Of a DNA stretch of 64,000 nt, positions 36,951-50,530 are shown one piece after another. Source of the DNA: Octopus vulgaris. Taxonomy: Eukaryota. Where the stretch lies: positions 125,984,001 to 126,048,000 of the forward strand of contig OX597817.1 in assembly GCA_951406725.2 (NCBI GenBank), in the 5' to 3' direction. Made by a program: the position numbers and the translations under genes. Each line of letters starts with the position of its first letter. The stretch's first letter is position 1. The notes beneath the pieces are model-generated. The model did not search any database and was not told where the DNA came from. It was given only the letters and a program-made list of their open reading frames with translations.

Positions 36951-36962
36951 TATATACATATA
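36615..36962. repeat. Long interrupted (TA)n/(CATA)n tract
   Basis: Direct reading. It contains an 18-nt match (36756-36773) to the insertion at 13337. Confidence 0.95.
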
Positions 36963-38022
36963 CAGGTATCTGTCTGTGTGCGTGTATGAATTCGTTGATG
37001 GAATCAGTACTAGTCCAGATTAGCAAAGTAAAATTATAAAAGCTGTTTTATTCGTAGTATATACAATATACAGGAATATAATTGCAGAAACTTCTGAATA
37101 ATTCGCATCCCAAGAATGCGAAACAGATGCAAATGAGATTCAGGAGAGATAATTTTGAAGTTAGAAAGCAGATGAAATTGTCTATGGACACTTTCTACAT
37201 AAATTGACCAAGTTCAGCAGTCAAGTAGAAAATATTCACGTTAAACAGGATAACAGAATTTACTGAAACAGTTGTTTTTACATTTTGTTGTGGAATTGAC
37301 GGTTTCATGAAACAAATCTGTCTGCGATTCAATTAATTTTCTATATATTTGTAGTGATGTCCGAGAAATGGGTCACAAAATTAAAAATGTGGTATTTTGT
37401 ACTACTAGACATCAACTGTCGTTTTCGCATATATTTATATAAGCCACAATAATATGGTTTCCTTGAAGCAGGCATTATCCCAAATAATCGACATATTAAC
37501 CCCAACAATATTTATGCATGTGTGAATGTTTATGCGTTTGTGTGTACCTGTTCACATGTACAAATTCTTATAGTTGTATGTATGTCTGTACGGTAATATC
37601 CTGCGGGAAATTGGAAAGTAATACTGTGTTTCAAAGTAATATAAATCAGAAACAGGAAAAGAAATCATGAGACAGGTAATAAGAAAAATAAATGACAAAA
37701 TCAAAGCAAATACAAAAATTGACAAGAAACAAATTAGAAGAGAGAACATGATAAATGATGATGAGAAAAGAAACATGACAAAATAGCATTGCTCGTGAAT
37801 TGACTAGATTCTTTTTTTAAATGGGAACGAATCCGTGATTTGTGTTTTAGCAGGCATAGATATAAATGTACATCACACATATTTATACGGTTTTAAAATT
37901 TTCTACCAAAAGCAAAACAGAGGTACTTTAAAACAAATACGCCATTTGTAGATAAATGTTTTGTATCGTTTCATTTCATTAATGGTATCACATAAGTGAA
38001 ACTGTATATTTTACTAAGATTA

Positions 38023-38123
38023 GCAGTGGCTGTGTGGTAAGTAGCTTGCTTCCCGCCCAGCACAAGGCTCCTGGGTTCAGTCCCGCTGCATGGCACCATG
38101 TACCAAAATTTGAAACTAATAAT
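38023..38123 (+). mobile_element. Short chimera: SINE-A head joined to a SINE-B-type tail
   Basis: AGTGGCTGTGTGGTAAGTAGCTTGCT...GGTTCAGTCCCGCTGCATGGCACC, then ATGTACCAAAATTTGAAACTAAT, which resembles SINE-B tails at ~30239 and ~50508. Confidence 0.65.
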
Positions 38124-38124
38124 A

Positions 38125-38300
38125 GGCACAGGAGTCGCTGTGTGGTAAGTAGCTTGCTTACCAACCACATGGTTCCGGGTTCATTCCCACTGTGTGGCAA
38201 TTTGGGCAAGTGTCTTCTACTGTAGCCAAAGGCCGACCAAAGCCTTGTCTGTGGATTTGGTAGACAGAAACGGAAAGCCGCCTGTCGTATATATGTTTAT

Positions 38301-38370
<70 letters not shown>

Positions 38371-38595
38371 GTATGTGTATATGTTTGTGTGTCTGTGTTT
38401 GTGCACCCAACATCTCTTGAGAACCGATGGTGGTGTGTTTACGTCCCTGTAACTTAGCGGTTCGGAAAAAGAGTCCGATAGAATAAGTACTAGGCTTAGA
38501 AGGAATAAGTCCTGGGGTCGATTTGCTCGACTAAAGGCGGTGCTACAGCATGGCCGCAGTCAAATGACTGAAAGAAAAAAGGTGATAAAAGAGAG
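38125..38595 (+). mobile_element. SINE-A, full length
   Basis: Colinear with 11879-12312. Tail GGCGGTGCTACAGCATGGCCGCAGTCAAATGACTGAAA. Confidence 0.95.
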
Positions 38596-40332
38596 ATTAC
38601 ACTAATTTATTGTCTACTGATCTTTGAACTTTCATGACATTCTCGAGTTAAGCACTTTGTTAAAATGAGCTTCTTAGAAATCAAGGGTGGTAATAATTAG
38701 ATACGCTTTGATTAAATAAAGGCCAAAATGTTACTCCTCTTTACTTGGAATATTTATGTTGACATCAGTTCATATCACTAGAGTTTTCAATTTGAAGTAA
38801 AACACTCGGTGATTAGTTAAAAGATTTATCTTAATTGGTATCGTTTCTCTACAACGTAAGCTGTAGTGCTACTTAGCTTGAATTTTGTTCCCATTCATGA
38901 GATATATCTTCAATGTTGTGTAGATTTTATATAAAAGTGGTAAGATTTATATCTTTGCAATCGCTTACTCCGTAACACTGCGATGCATTTTCGACATGGC
39001 GTTTCGCCACATTGGTGTAACGCTCTTAGTGAGTATATGGATTGCAAACTTTCTTCGTTATTCAATTACAAGTCTACTGTACGTAGCACTGAAGGTATGT
39101 CTATTAGCAGAAAAGCAATGGTGTAAAGCAATTTTGATATCTCATATTATACGATGAATATGCATTCAGCGGGTTTACTTGTATATTTTAACTGCATATT
39201 TATCTCTTGTTTTATAAGTGTTAGAATTTATGTTTAATTATGTATTTCGTTGTCCGTAAAGTTCTGAGCGTTTTTTAGTAAATCTGACGGTTTAGGTAAA
39301 AGGAAAATAAAACAGAATAATATATTCTAGAAGAAAAGTATTTAAAAAAATCTAGAAGCATCAACTATATTATGCCTGGGAAATAACACTTTACTCAAAG
39401 TAGCCGCACTCAGCCTCCATCACGGAGATGTCTACAGAGTCTGGTGTATGCGTTCTTCACTTAGTCCCTAGTACGCTAGTAAGATCTTCAAACACACTTC
39501 AGACCATGGCCAACTGTTCGGCCTTGATGTTGCAGGCATAGCAGTTGCTGTCCTTCTGAACCACAACGCACACACTGTTATCCATTAGAATACAAGTGAG
39601 AGAGTTAGAACACCAATAACTGGGGCTAGTGATTTCATAGAAATTCTTCGTCTACAACTTCTGACTCTTTCCGGAATTATGCTAAGAGCTGAATACAGAT
39701 GCCACGTATATGGCTTTCCAATAGCAACACTCCCCAGCCAGGGTTTGACCACAATCTCCGGCAGCTTCACATACCCACCTGAATGTAGCCTAAGATTTTA
39801 TACAAAGATGCAGTTAGCATGACGTCATGCTCAATGGTTACGTACTCAAAGACCAACACGTTTAAGTGAACTTGGTTTCCTTAATGTTCATGTGACATCT
39901 TCTTTTCAGGTTTGACAGAACATTCATTAGCAACCACGATGTTTTCATTTTGATAACAGGCGTGGATTATCATGATACAGGTATTTTCTTTTTATTCCTG
40001 TATACAGATGTCTTCTAGTCCTCCATGTCTCATAAGTTTTTTTACCCAAAGCTATAATCTTTATGATTTCCTTCGCCGCTGGCTTAACGAATCGAATACA
40101 TGAAGCAATTCGCGCAAAAAGAAGACATAAAATATCGCCAATATATATATATATATGCGTATATACACACACATTTTCATCATACATACATACATTTTTT
40201 TAATCTTTATATATCAATGCACGATTTTTGTCAGTGAACAGGTCGCGGATTTTTTTTACTCGGCTTTTGTGTTTTAAATGTTTAAACACCTTATATTGTT
40301 TTCGTTTCAGCACACTCTCTCTCTCTCTCTCT

Positions 40333-40396
<64 letters not shown>

Positions 40397-41263
40397 GGGG
40401 TGAGTGCACGCGCCTTTTTGCATAGCTAAATGATATTTTCTATTCTGTAAAGTTTTACGAACTTAAATCGAAAAATGATTTCACTACGAGTCTTGACTAA
40501 GTTATGAATACTTTCATTGTCAGTGATGTTTAATGTTCGACAGACGTGATTCCAGTTATTCATTTAGCGACATTAAGGAAAATTTAGTGTTCGTAGTTAC
40601 TGAGTATTGCTCAGACGTACATATTCTTCAATTATTCTCATATGGATTAATTGCGACTGTATGATAAAGCTGGATATTTTTATTATGGTGACTGTGTTTG
40701 CAATTGATTTTCATTGCTTTTAGGCCAACCTGATTTCACTAACATGGTTTGATAACCAAAAACATATCTCAGAGTATTCAAGTAAATATTTTATATAGTT
40801 GTATAGAGATAATTTACAAAGGGAATACATTTTACCATGACAGACGATTTAATGCAATCAATGCCTTAACGATTTATTAACAGTTTCTCATATATTATGC
40901 GGTATTTCACATATAAATTTTATAACGACTTGTGTTTCGTCTTCTATGAAAAATATCTGTGCACATAATATACTAGGCTTGTCTGCTGTTGCCTTACACT
41001 AGTTAATTCAAATATGCCAACCAATTCTAAGAAAGTTCTTAAAAGAGTATTCTCACACAAGTGTCTACCCCGATTGATACCTTTGGCAGATCACTAATTT
41101 TACATTTTGCTATGGCATGGCTATATTGACACAAATTATCTCATTTCATAGATCTCTAGAACGTAATAAAATAGGTATATGATAACCTTGAGCTGCTCAA
41201 TAGCAAGAGAAGTGTTTTAAAAACTATCAAGAGAAATTTTAAGGCAAGTTTGTACATGTATGC

Positions 41264-41303
<40 letters not shown>

Positions 41304-41309
41304 ATATAT

Positions 41310-44300
41310 ACGGGCAAATGACGGTTCAAACTGCCGTTCCCACAGATAAAAACTTACCACATTTGCAAAGGGACCAAAGAATAAAGACCCCGAAGAGAAA
41401 GAGTTGTATATCTCCTGCATCAAAATGCTGATGTACTGCGTACTGCTCCCAGCACCTAGGGCCTATCCACATACTCTCATAACTCTTGCCACACAGGAAC
41501 ATCTTATTTTGCATAGCACAAAAGAGTGCCTCCAAGTTCGGAGCCATCACCACCAACATAGAAGACCACCAGATCGAATGGATCCAACGTGGCCAACACT
41601 GGCATCACCACAGATGTTTTATCAATAATCTTACGAAACAATAAAGACAGCTTAATAGCAGAACCAAAATTTCTTCCGGTGAGACTTTGCTGCATGGAAT
41701 CAAGCCTTATGCATAGCACTCTATGAAACCCTGACATCGCACAAAAACCGGACATTGCAGACGCAGAACTACATCCACCAAAATTTGTTATATTTCAAAG
41801 CGATTGAATGGACAGAAGTCCTGATGGAACTGCAATATACACCCATGAAAACCTCACGCCCATTGTCCTCCTGTTATACTCAAATTTGGTGTGTGGCACA
41901 CTAATTGTACCAATAAATCAACGTGATATCATCCTATGGTACTATCCATCTATCTATCGCCCACCAGATGCTCCAAATCAGGTGACCCTACTTGGAGACT
42001 GCCTTGCAAATATACAAATTGTAACCAAATTTGAATATCGTAACAGTGTACTTCACAAGGGAAATTTCAAATAAACCAACATAGACTGGCCTGGGGGCCT
42101 TTTACTGTAAGCAATGACACGGTGTGATAAAAGATAGGTGGCATTCCTCCTTAGCATCACCAACACGTTATACATCAAGTGATTAAGAAATACTACAACC
42201 ATCAAGGGCATATAATATACTTGATCTCTACTACACAAACAATATAATTTCATCCATTATGTAAATGGAACAACGCCATTAGTATCGGATAACAGTATAA
42301 TGAAGATGACCATGTATGTACCAAAGTAATCTGCAGACATGCTATGAGAAGCACCCAAAATCTATTCAATCTGAATTTCCTTAAAGTTGACTGGAAATCG
42401 GTTCAGAAAGAGGTCATCAAACAAGATAGGCCCCAATGTCTCTCGACACCTGACATTGGCATGAAATTCAACGAATTATATCTCTAAGGCATAACATATG
42501 AAACAAGAGCGTGACTGCGATAACATCCACTGTACATGAGAGCAAAATTATCAGGGAGAAGTAAGTCTTAAGAGACGGCATACAAAGTCTGCAAGAATTC
42601 AATGGCAGTGAAATACCTCACCTGAAAACAGCATTGCTAGAGACGGGGAAAAGTCTGAAACTTTTCCATGAGAATGAAAGTGCAAAGAAAGAATCTTGAG
42701 TATAGAAAATTAAAGTCTTCTTCGAGTAAGCCAAAAATAACTGACTTTGTGCGTTGTAGGCTAAGGTCACTCCTCCAAATAGGTGGTTCTGTCACGGGAA
42801 ACGCAATAAGGTTAAATGAAACACTGAATAAATAATTCAGATGTGTTTTCACATCACATTTACGACACATGTATCTCAGCAATACTTCAGAATTCTTAAC
42901 CACTACAGATATAATAATGGGGACAATAACAATTGATAGCATCATTATCAAGGAAGAAGTTATACTGACCAAAGATGAGGTAGATGCGAACTCAGCTGCT
43001 ATTCCTGATGGATTCTCACAAACCTTTCTTAAATCATGAAAAGGATCTTTTGCAAAACCAATGCAGCTATTTTGTCCGAGTTTCCTTGAAAGTGGTAAGT
43101 TCCCATACAAATTGAAATAGGGAATAGTATTCACTATCCAGGAAGCACGAAGTAGAGCAGACGTTTAAAATTATAGACCTATCGCTCCGACTTCAAACAT
43201 AAGCAAATTTATAGATCGAATAGCCCAAAGGAAACTAATTCCCTTCTTTGAATAGAATAATTTGTTACCAGAAACGCAGTGCATTCTTCGAGTGGAATTA
43301 GCTGTCTGACACAGCGCTTACGGTGCTACAATTGGATGTTAAACAGATACTCAATAACTCAAATGTTGACGTGATATATGTCGACTTTCATAAAGCCTAT
43401 GATAAATTGACCACGGTATATGTCGGACGCTCTCTAATCTCACCATAGTTTGGAAAACTTGATTTGAAGATACATGACTTCTTAAAAGATAGAAATCAGA
43501 TAGTAGTAGCCAACGGGACAACACCCAAGGAAATGCAAATAACTAATGGTGTCTCATAGTGTATTGTTTTGTGGTCACTGCTATTCATAATGTCTTTCAA
43601 AGATTTGCTCTCAGCTTTTCAGATAATCAAGCTTGCTAGCTATGCAGAAGATACAAAAGTCCTTGAGAAGATACAGATCCCTGGAGATGTTGTGCATCTG
43701 GAAAATATGTTGGACGTAATATACAGGTGGGCTAAGGACAACACAATGCAGTATAATGCTGGAAAAGTCTAATCCCTTCACTATCATAACACGACGCTGA
43801 AGGAAATACAGACCGGATATATTGGGTCCAGGTCTTACAGTAACCCTTGAAATCAGTGTATGATCTTGGTATTGAAATGAGTAATAACGCATCTTTCCAG
43901 GTATATCTGAGTTGGAAATAAAATATAGATTGCTGGTCTGGTCCTTAGAACTCTCAGAACGAGAGAAAAAGAAACCATGATTGTCCTCTGGTGGAAATGA
44001 GCCCTCAGCCGTTTAGAGGACTACTGCCTGCTTTGGTCACCATACTATAAGATTAATGGCGGAATTCGAAGCAATCCAACGAAGCTACACGAAGATTATC
44101 TCAATGCAACAAGTCAGCTACTGGGAGAGACTGAAATAATTAAGAATCTTTTCCTTAGCAGGAAGCCTGAAAATATATGCAGTGATATATCTGGAAAATC
44201 GTAAAAGAACTCGTATCAAATTTTGGTAATGAAAGTTACATAGTGCCAAAAATCCTAACATTCCTAACAGGATACAAGACCAGATACTGCGATACTGCAA

Positions 44301-44545
44301 CAGTTTCGGCTCAAAGGCCCACAACTCTGCAATATCTTGAGAGAAGTACATGGGATGAAAGTAGATGTCTTGAAAGCGCAGCTGGATATTTTCCTGTCAA
44401 GAGTTCCGTATGAATCTACCTCGCAGGTGAAAGCGCAGATGAGGATAATGAATTCAAACTGCCTCATCACCAAATGCAACAGATCAGAAGATTAGTAGGA
44501 AGTGTAGCAAAGCTAAAAGGTGGTGTCCCAGCATGGCCGCAGCGG
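41310..44545 (+). mobile_element. Older, heavily decayed copy of the same CR1-group LINE
   Basis: IYRPPDAPN, KGNFK, NYRPI, YVDFHKAYDK and LASYAEDTKV are colinear with 32213-35420. It ends GGTGGTGTCCCAGCATGGCCGCAGC. Confidence 0.93.
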
Positions 44546-45984
44546 TTAAGCACGGTTATATGCTTTGTGTTTGATTAAAAATTCAGTAGTTTAAAAAATT
44601 CCGCATTACACATTAATGAACATATTCCTACGCGGTATCTCAAACATTAATTTACAACAAATTATGTTTCTTCTTTCAAGAAAGATCTGAGATTTTCTGA
44701 AACAAACCATAAACTTATTTTCTCCATTTAAATATTAGGTTCTTCGCTCCATACCACAAAATAGATGGTGATTATGAAACACGATATTTTTTAATGAATG
44801 TAACAATCGCAAAATTGGTTACAATGAAATATATCTAATATTTGTTGCGTTCCATGTATTAACAGTAATTATTTAGTTTTTGTTTTCTTGTCTGTTAATG
44901 TATTACTTATGCATGTATGAACGGGTGAGATTGGAAAGCTTTCAGAAAATAGAAAATATACCATACCAGTGTTGTTCATTCAAGGATCACTTTCGTTTAA
45001 GGAATACAGAGAGATAAACAAGAATATGGACAACGGAATAGAATTTAGTTGAACAGAAAGAAAACCGTAATTATTCTATAATTAAAAATAATGTAATAGA
45101 TCATTTATTTAACTATATAGAACTTCATAATTGCTTAATTGAATTGTGTTATAAAATTCCATTGAAAATTAATTTCATCTGTCGATTTTCAAATTCAACT
45201 CTAAAGAGTAAAATATGGTATTTATTGACCAGAATTACTTTTTCTATTATTTCATTTTATATTTAAAATTATTACTTCAGAAATTAATTATATATTCCTT
45301 TCGCTTACTTCCTTTATTTTCTTATGAAACTAAATAGTTTTGATAATTGCTCTTTTATCGAGTTTAAATGATCTTTACACTGTAGATTTTGTCTAAATTT
45401 GTTTTTATTCGAAATTAGTTGGGGAAAATTAAATTTAAGAATATTTAAAAATATTCATTTGCTAATTATTTAAATTAAATTATAAGGAGAAGTTGACGGC
45501 AGGGAATTTCAGACTAAAAACTGTTCATTAATTGTAATAATATTCTCAACATATTTGTACTTCCCCGTTGTATATCTTTTGTTGTTTATATTTTTAATAT
45601 TTTCAAAGTTTATTTCCTACTCAATATTTATTACGGTTAGTTAGATATATTTAGTAAATTGTCAAAATACATAATATGGTAAGTGACCAAATGAGAGTTT
45701 ATTTACAACCTAATTCCCATTATAAAGAATTAGTTATTTTATCTACAATGAAATCACGTTCGTTTACAGAGAAATGTGCATTATTTCAAAATTATACTGT
45801 TACATATTCAAACGCATATGCAAGAACATGAGATGCATTATGAATTAGGCTTCCATAATTCTAATCAAGTAATTGTTACATCACAACAACAAGTAATAAA
45901 TTGCCAAAGAATTCTGCTTTGCAATTTAAACTTAGAAACGCACAAAGTATATTTGTTTCAAATGTTGGCACAAAGCTAGCGGCT

Positions 45985-46146
45985 ACTTCGACCCAGTACT
46001 CAACTGGTACTTATTTTATCGAACACGAGAAAATAACAGGTAATGTTTGATCTCGGTAGAATTTGAACTCAGACGTAAGGACTGGCAAAATACTGCTTGG
46101 CAAGCATTTTGCCAGACGCGGTAACGATTCTACGATCTCGTTACCT
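45985..46146 (-). mobile_element. SINE-B copy (decayed)
   Basis: CGACCCAGTACTCAACTGGTACTTATTTTATCGA...GAATTTGAACTCAGACGTAA...AAGCATTTTGCC...TAACGATTCT is the reverse complement of the SINE-B pattern. Confidence 0.8.
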
Positions 46147-49100
46147 CAAATGAAAAAAATATATACTATGTAGTTTTGTATGTGAAATGAATTATTTTCA
46201 TCATTTGTCAATAGATAATGATTTTGAATAGGCAACGACTCATTATTCATTAAGTTGATTTAAAATGTTCTGTTTCAGGAGCCAGCTATAACTATTGCAT
46301 TATTTAAAAGCATTTGCACAGATGATTAACATTTAGGAAGCACTCGACGCAAATTGAATGTCATCCAGACATTTTCTATTATTTTGTAGTAATTCTTTCA
46401 GCAAAATTCTTTTTAATCAATCAGATAAATGTATATTCGATATTCTCTTCGTGTTGATGAATTTATATAGCAAAGCTCCGTCGTATCGAGTTTGCTGCTC
46501 AAGTGGATTAAATATTCTGACAAATCATAAAGATGGATCATAGCTTTGGCATAACCGTGTTATAGAGAGAACAAAGAGATGGATATCGACTTTTATTTTT
46601 GCAATATTAACACAAGTTACGCGTCGGATTTCTCTAAAAACCCAAATCTTTATTCAGCGCGTTTCTATCGTGCTAAGTCAATTTTCATTGCCTTTGCTCT
46701 AAATGATGGGCTAGACACCATAGATGATAAAACGATCACCAATGAAAACTAAAAAAAAAAAAAAAAATTTAGAACTAATTTTTATTTACTCATAAGCGCT
46801 GTATTCTTGCAATGGAAGGCTAAGTTTCTCGGCTCAATGAAGGCACCTTACCTCATGTGAGGAAATCTATTTATTGTGCAACAAATTCGCTATAAAACGA
46901 ATAATATTAATGTAACAACACGGTTTACAGTATATGACCAATTCAAATATCAAAATGACATCAATGAGTTCTTGAAAGAATTTTAGATTCATGAATCGTT
47001 TGACTGGAGCGTATCAATTGATTCACCAAATAAACATGCTTACATATTTTAAAGTTGTATCATGTTAACAGGCACGTAATGAGGTTTAAAAATACTGTTA
47101 TCTCTTATGCGTATGTGACAATGCAAACCTTAACGCTGTTTAATAAAATAGAGATTGGAATTCTGTGTTTTATATGATAGTATATATAATTTTATAAATT
47201 TATAGTTAATATAATATATAAAAAATAGTTTATTGAAACTTTTGATTGTGTAGGTCATCAACACTGTAGGATGTATGAACGAAAGATTTAGAGCATGCAT
47301 TTCTTCACTGGACATGAAGCTACAGTATGGGCAGAATATTGAAACACCGAATGATTTACAATCAAGAAAATATGTAGATAAGTTGTATTAATTCGTAGTG
47401 AACCTTTAAATACAAGAGGTAGAGACAAGATGATAAAGGATATTGCATAGCAAAAAACGATATAGTTCGAAAACGAGGCGAGACTGACGTGAAAATAGGT
47501 GTAAGATCAAAGGATAATAAGGCATCATTAAAATTACACTTTAAAAACATAATCATATGCATTTATATAATATTTATGAAATTAGGAGTTGGAATATGTT
47601 ACTGAGAATTTCACGAGTAGAGAAATAAAATCCAGGCAAAAACACCTAATTTATGGACACACTGTTTGTTTAATAGAGATTAAAATTATCTGGTCAATGT
47701 AATGGAGTGTGTCATGCGGAAAAAAAAAACATTGTGTTAAAAATACACAATACTCAAGAGAAAAATGATTACATACAATTTGATCTTTAGATCCAGACAG
47801 ATGTGAAAAATATGCACACTTGAAAGAGTTCATGTTGCAGACAGTATAAGTAGGACGTTTGTGTCACCACAGGTTCCTAGATAACCATCATTAGCGACTA
47901 CTCAGTATATTTCAGAAGAGTTATCAGTGTCAGCTTTGTCCACCACCCCATCCAACGAATATTTGTTCCTGAAATCAGCAGTATCTTACTTATTCCTTTA
48001 GACATTTCTACACTTTTCCCATATCATGCTTGATTAAATGAAAAATATTACAACTCAGTGGCTAAAATTTATTCTTTATATTGCTTTCGCAAAACAGGTC
48101 CTTCTATTTTCGTGCGTCAACATGTATGTCTAAGTTGTTGAAATTCAGTGTGGTTTCGAAGTGGAAATTAAGCGAACACTCAATAAACTCCTGTTGACGA
48201 TTGAAAGGCTTTTAAATGGTTATTTAAAACATTCCAATGAATATGTATTCTGAATAAATCGTCTGAATTGAAAGCCTCTTCCATGCTTATATAGAAATGT
48301 GTTAGATGTCATTAACAATACATTGCATTTTCATCTAGACTTTTTACGGACACTTCGAATTGTTAGTTCAATGAAAGAAAGACAATTGCTTAAAGATAAT
48401 CACACAAATGGCACACAAATTCAGAGTAAAGGCACAAGGTTTCACTATTGTTAGCTGCTATATAACCAATATCCCAGACCAAGTTTATAACAAAGCCTCA
48501 TATAAACATTTAATTGCATGAGCATCCGATTGAATGTATGATAATATAGCTTTTGTGTTAAAAACTTAACATGAACAATGACTATTTAAAGGAAAGAATT
48601 AAGTCTGCTAGTAAAAATTATCTTTCTCAGCAGAAATGTTCAATCTATGATGAAAAACGAAAGTTTATTTCCCTGAAGAACAATTATAATCAGAATTGTA
48701 CAAAGTACGAACTTTTTAATCGATCTCTCAATGTTTTAGTGGTAATAATCGGACATCTCATAAACGATGTATCAGTGTCTTACAAATAAAAACCCGAATT
48801 GAATTTATAATTGAGTCGTAGAGAGAAAAATAGCTTAATAAAGGTGGTAAGATCACAATAGGAAAGCATAAGATCATAATCCACCTCTGGTCGAGTAATC
48901 TTTTCACCAAATACATTTCTCCACATAACCAAACTACGGCAAAAGCAGTTTCAATGTTGACAATAGAGCAGCAACGTACTGAATCTTTGATAAGTTTTAA
49001 AAACTACAAAAATTATACTCATATATTTCGTAGTGTGATAAAGACGCTGACAGAGACGTAAGAATCATATAAATAGCGAGTTTATTTTGTATTACATTTT

Positions 49101-50317
49101 TCCCATACTTTACTCCGAATCACACACGCATCATGATGAAACTAACTTAAGCTCACGTCATTTGTATAAGCGGAGAGCCGTTAAATTATTCAAAGAATTG
49201 ATACTAAGATGCACGCAATGAATTCAACGCTATCAAGCTATTACACACAAAAGGATGTGTTTAGTTATTTTCATAGTAAAAAAGTTCTGTTGACTTTATA
49301 ATTCAATGAAACGCAGTTAACGTACTAAGCAAATGTTAAAATGACTTACACCACTATCCGGAACTTTTAAATTTGGGAAAATGTGAAAGAAATGAAACAT
49401 TTTATCTACTGCTAATTCATTTCCGTGTATTCTTTAAATCTTACTCAGTGTAATTAAGCTTGTTGGAAACACAGGTAATTACAAGAACAGCATTGATTAG
49501 AAATTAGGTATATATGTGTGTTTGTGTGCGCGCGTAGGCGTGTGCGTGCACGCCTAAGAGAGTGCCTGTGTGCGTATGTTAAGGGAACGTGGTTTATTAT
49601 ATCAAACAACCAGATCCTAATAAATTCAAATAGAATTAACATCCAAAGTAAGTCCGCATGTATAGAAAGTAAATCCAAATATCGATAAGAAGAATTTCAT
49701 CAAATCGAATTTATGGCATTGTGCTGTTTTTTTTAAACTGGAAAACATTAAAATATTCACTATTTAATATAGAGGAAAGGAAAGAGTTTGAATTAATTAA
49801 ATATTATCCGTTAAATGACTCATTTGAAACAACACAATATTTTAACAACTCATTATTGAAACTGTACTGAAATTGCATTCTATCGGATGACAGGAGTCAC
49901 ATTAAGCTCCGGTAAGATGAACATATGCACACCATTTTGAAACGTAGTCTTTCAAAATGGACTATAACGCTTTTGCGATGTTTTCGTTTAGACCATGTCA
50001 AGCATGTAGCGGTAACCTGCTTTTACTGTTTCGCCTCTTAATCAGAAAATAGATATGCAGGTTTATATTGTGTAATTAATTCTCTCTTACTTATAAAACT
50101 GCGGGGTGTAAGTTTGGAAAATGTTTTCGATAATTTTAGCGAAACGAGTGAGTCCTCCTTATTGGTAAGAGTTTTTCATATTGACCGATTCCTTCAGTTA
50201 GTAGTTCAAATAACAGGGGTTAAATTTGCATCATTTCTTACCCGAGGTGAAAATGTATATGATAGTGGCAGTTCCTATAAGCAGCTGCTTCACCCTTCAT
50301 ATTTTTTCATGTATATA

Positions 50318-50530
50318 GCGCGGTGAGCTGGCAGAATCGTTTGCATGTCGGGCAAAATCTTTAGTGGTGCTTCATCTACCTTTACGTTCTGACTTCAAAT
50401 GCCACCTTGATCGGCTTTACCTTTAACTCATTTGGAGTCGATAATATAAATACCAGTTGAACACTACGATCGATTTAGTCGACTAGCCCTCCTCTAAGTT
50501 GCTGGTCGTGTGCCAAAATGTTCAACCAAT
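50318..50530 (+). mobile_element. SINE-B copy, full length
   Basis: GCGGTGAGCTGGCAGAATCGTT...CGTTCTGACTTCAAATGCC...GGAGTCGATAATATAAATACCAGTTG...GTGCCAAAATGTTCAACCAAT. Confidence 0.85.

Noticed and set aside
39910-39980. Plus-strand 71-nt exon (FDRTFISNHDVFILITGVDYHDT)
   Set aside because: Weak donor (GTATTT), located among decayed repeat-like sequence, with no recognisable peptide.
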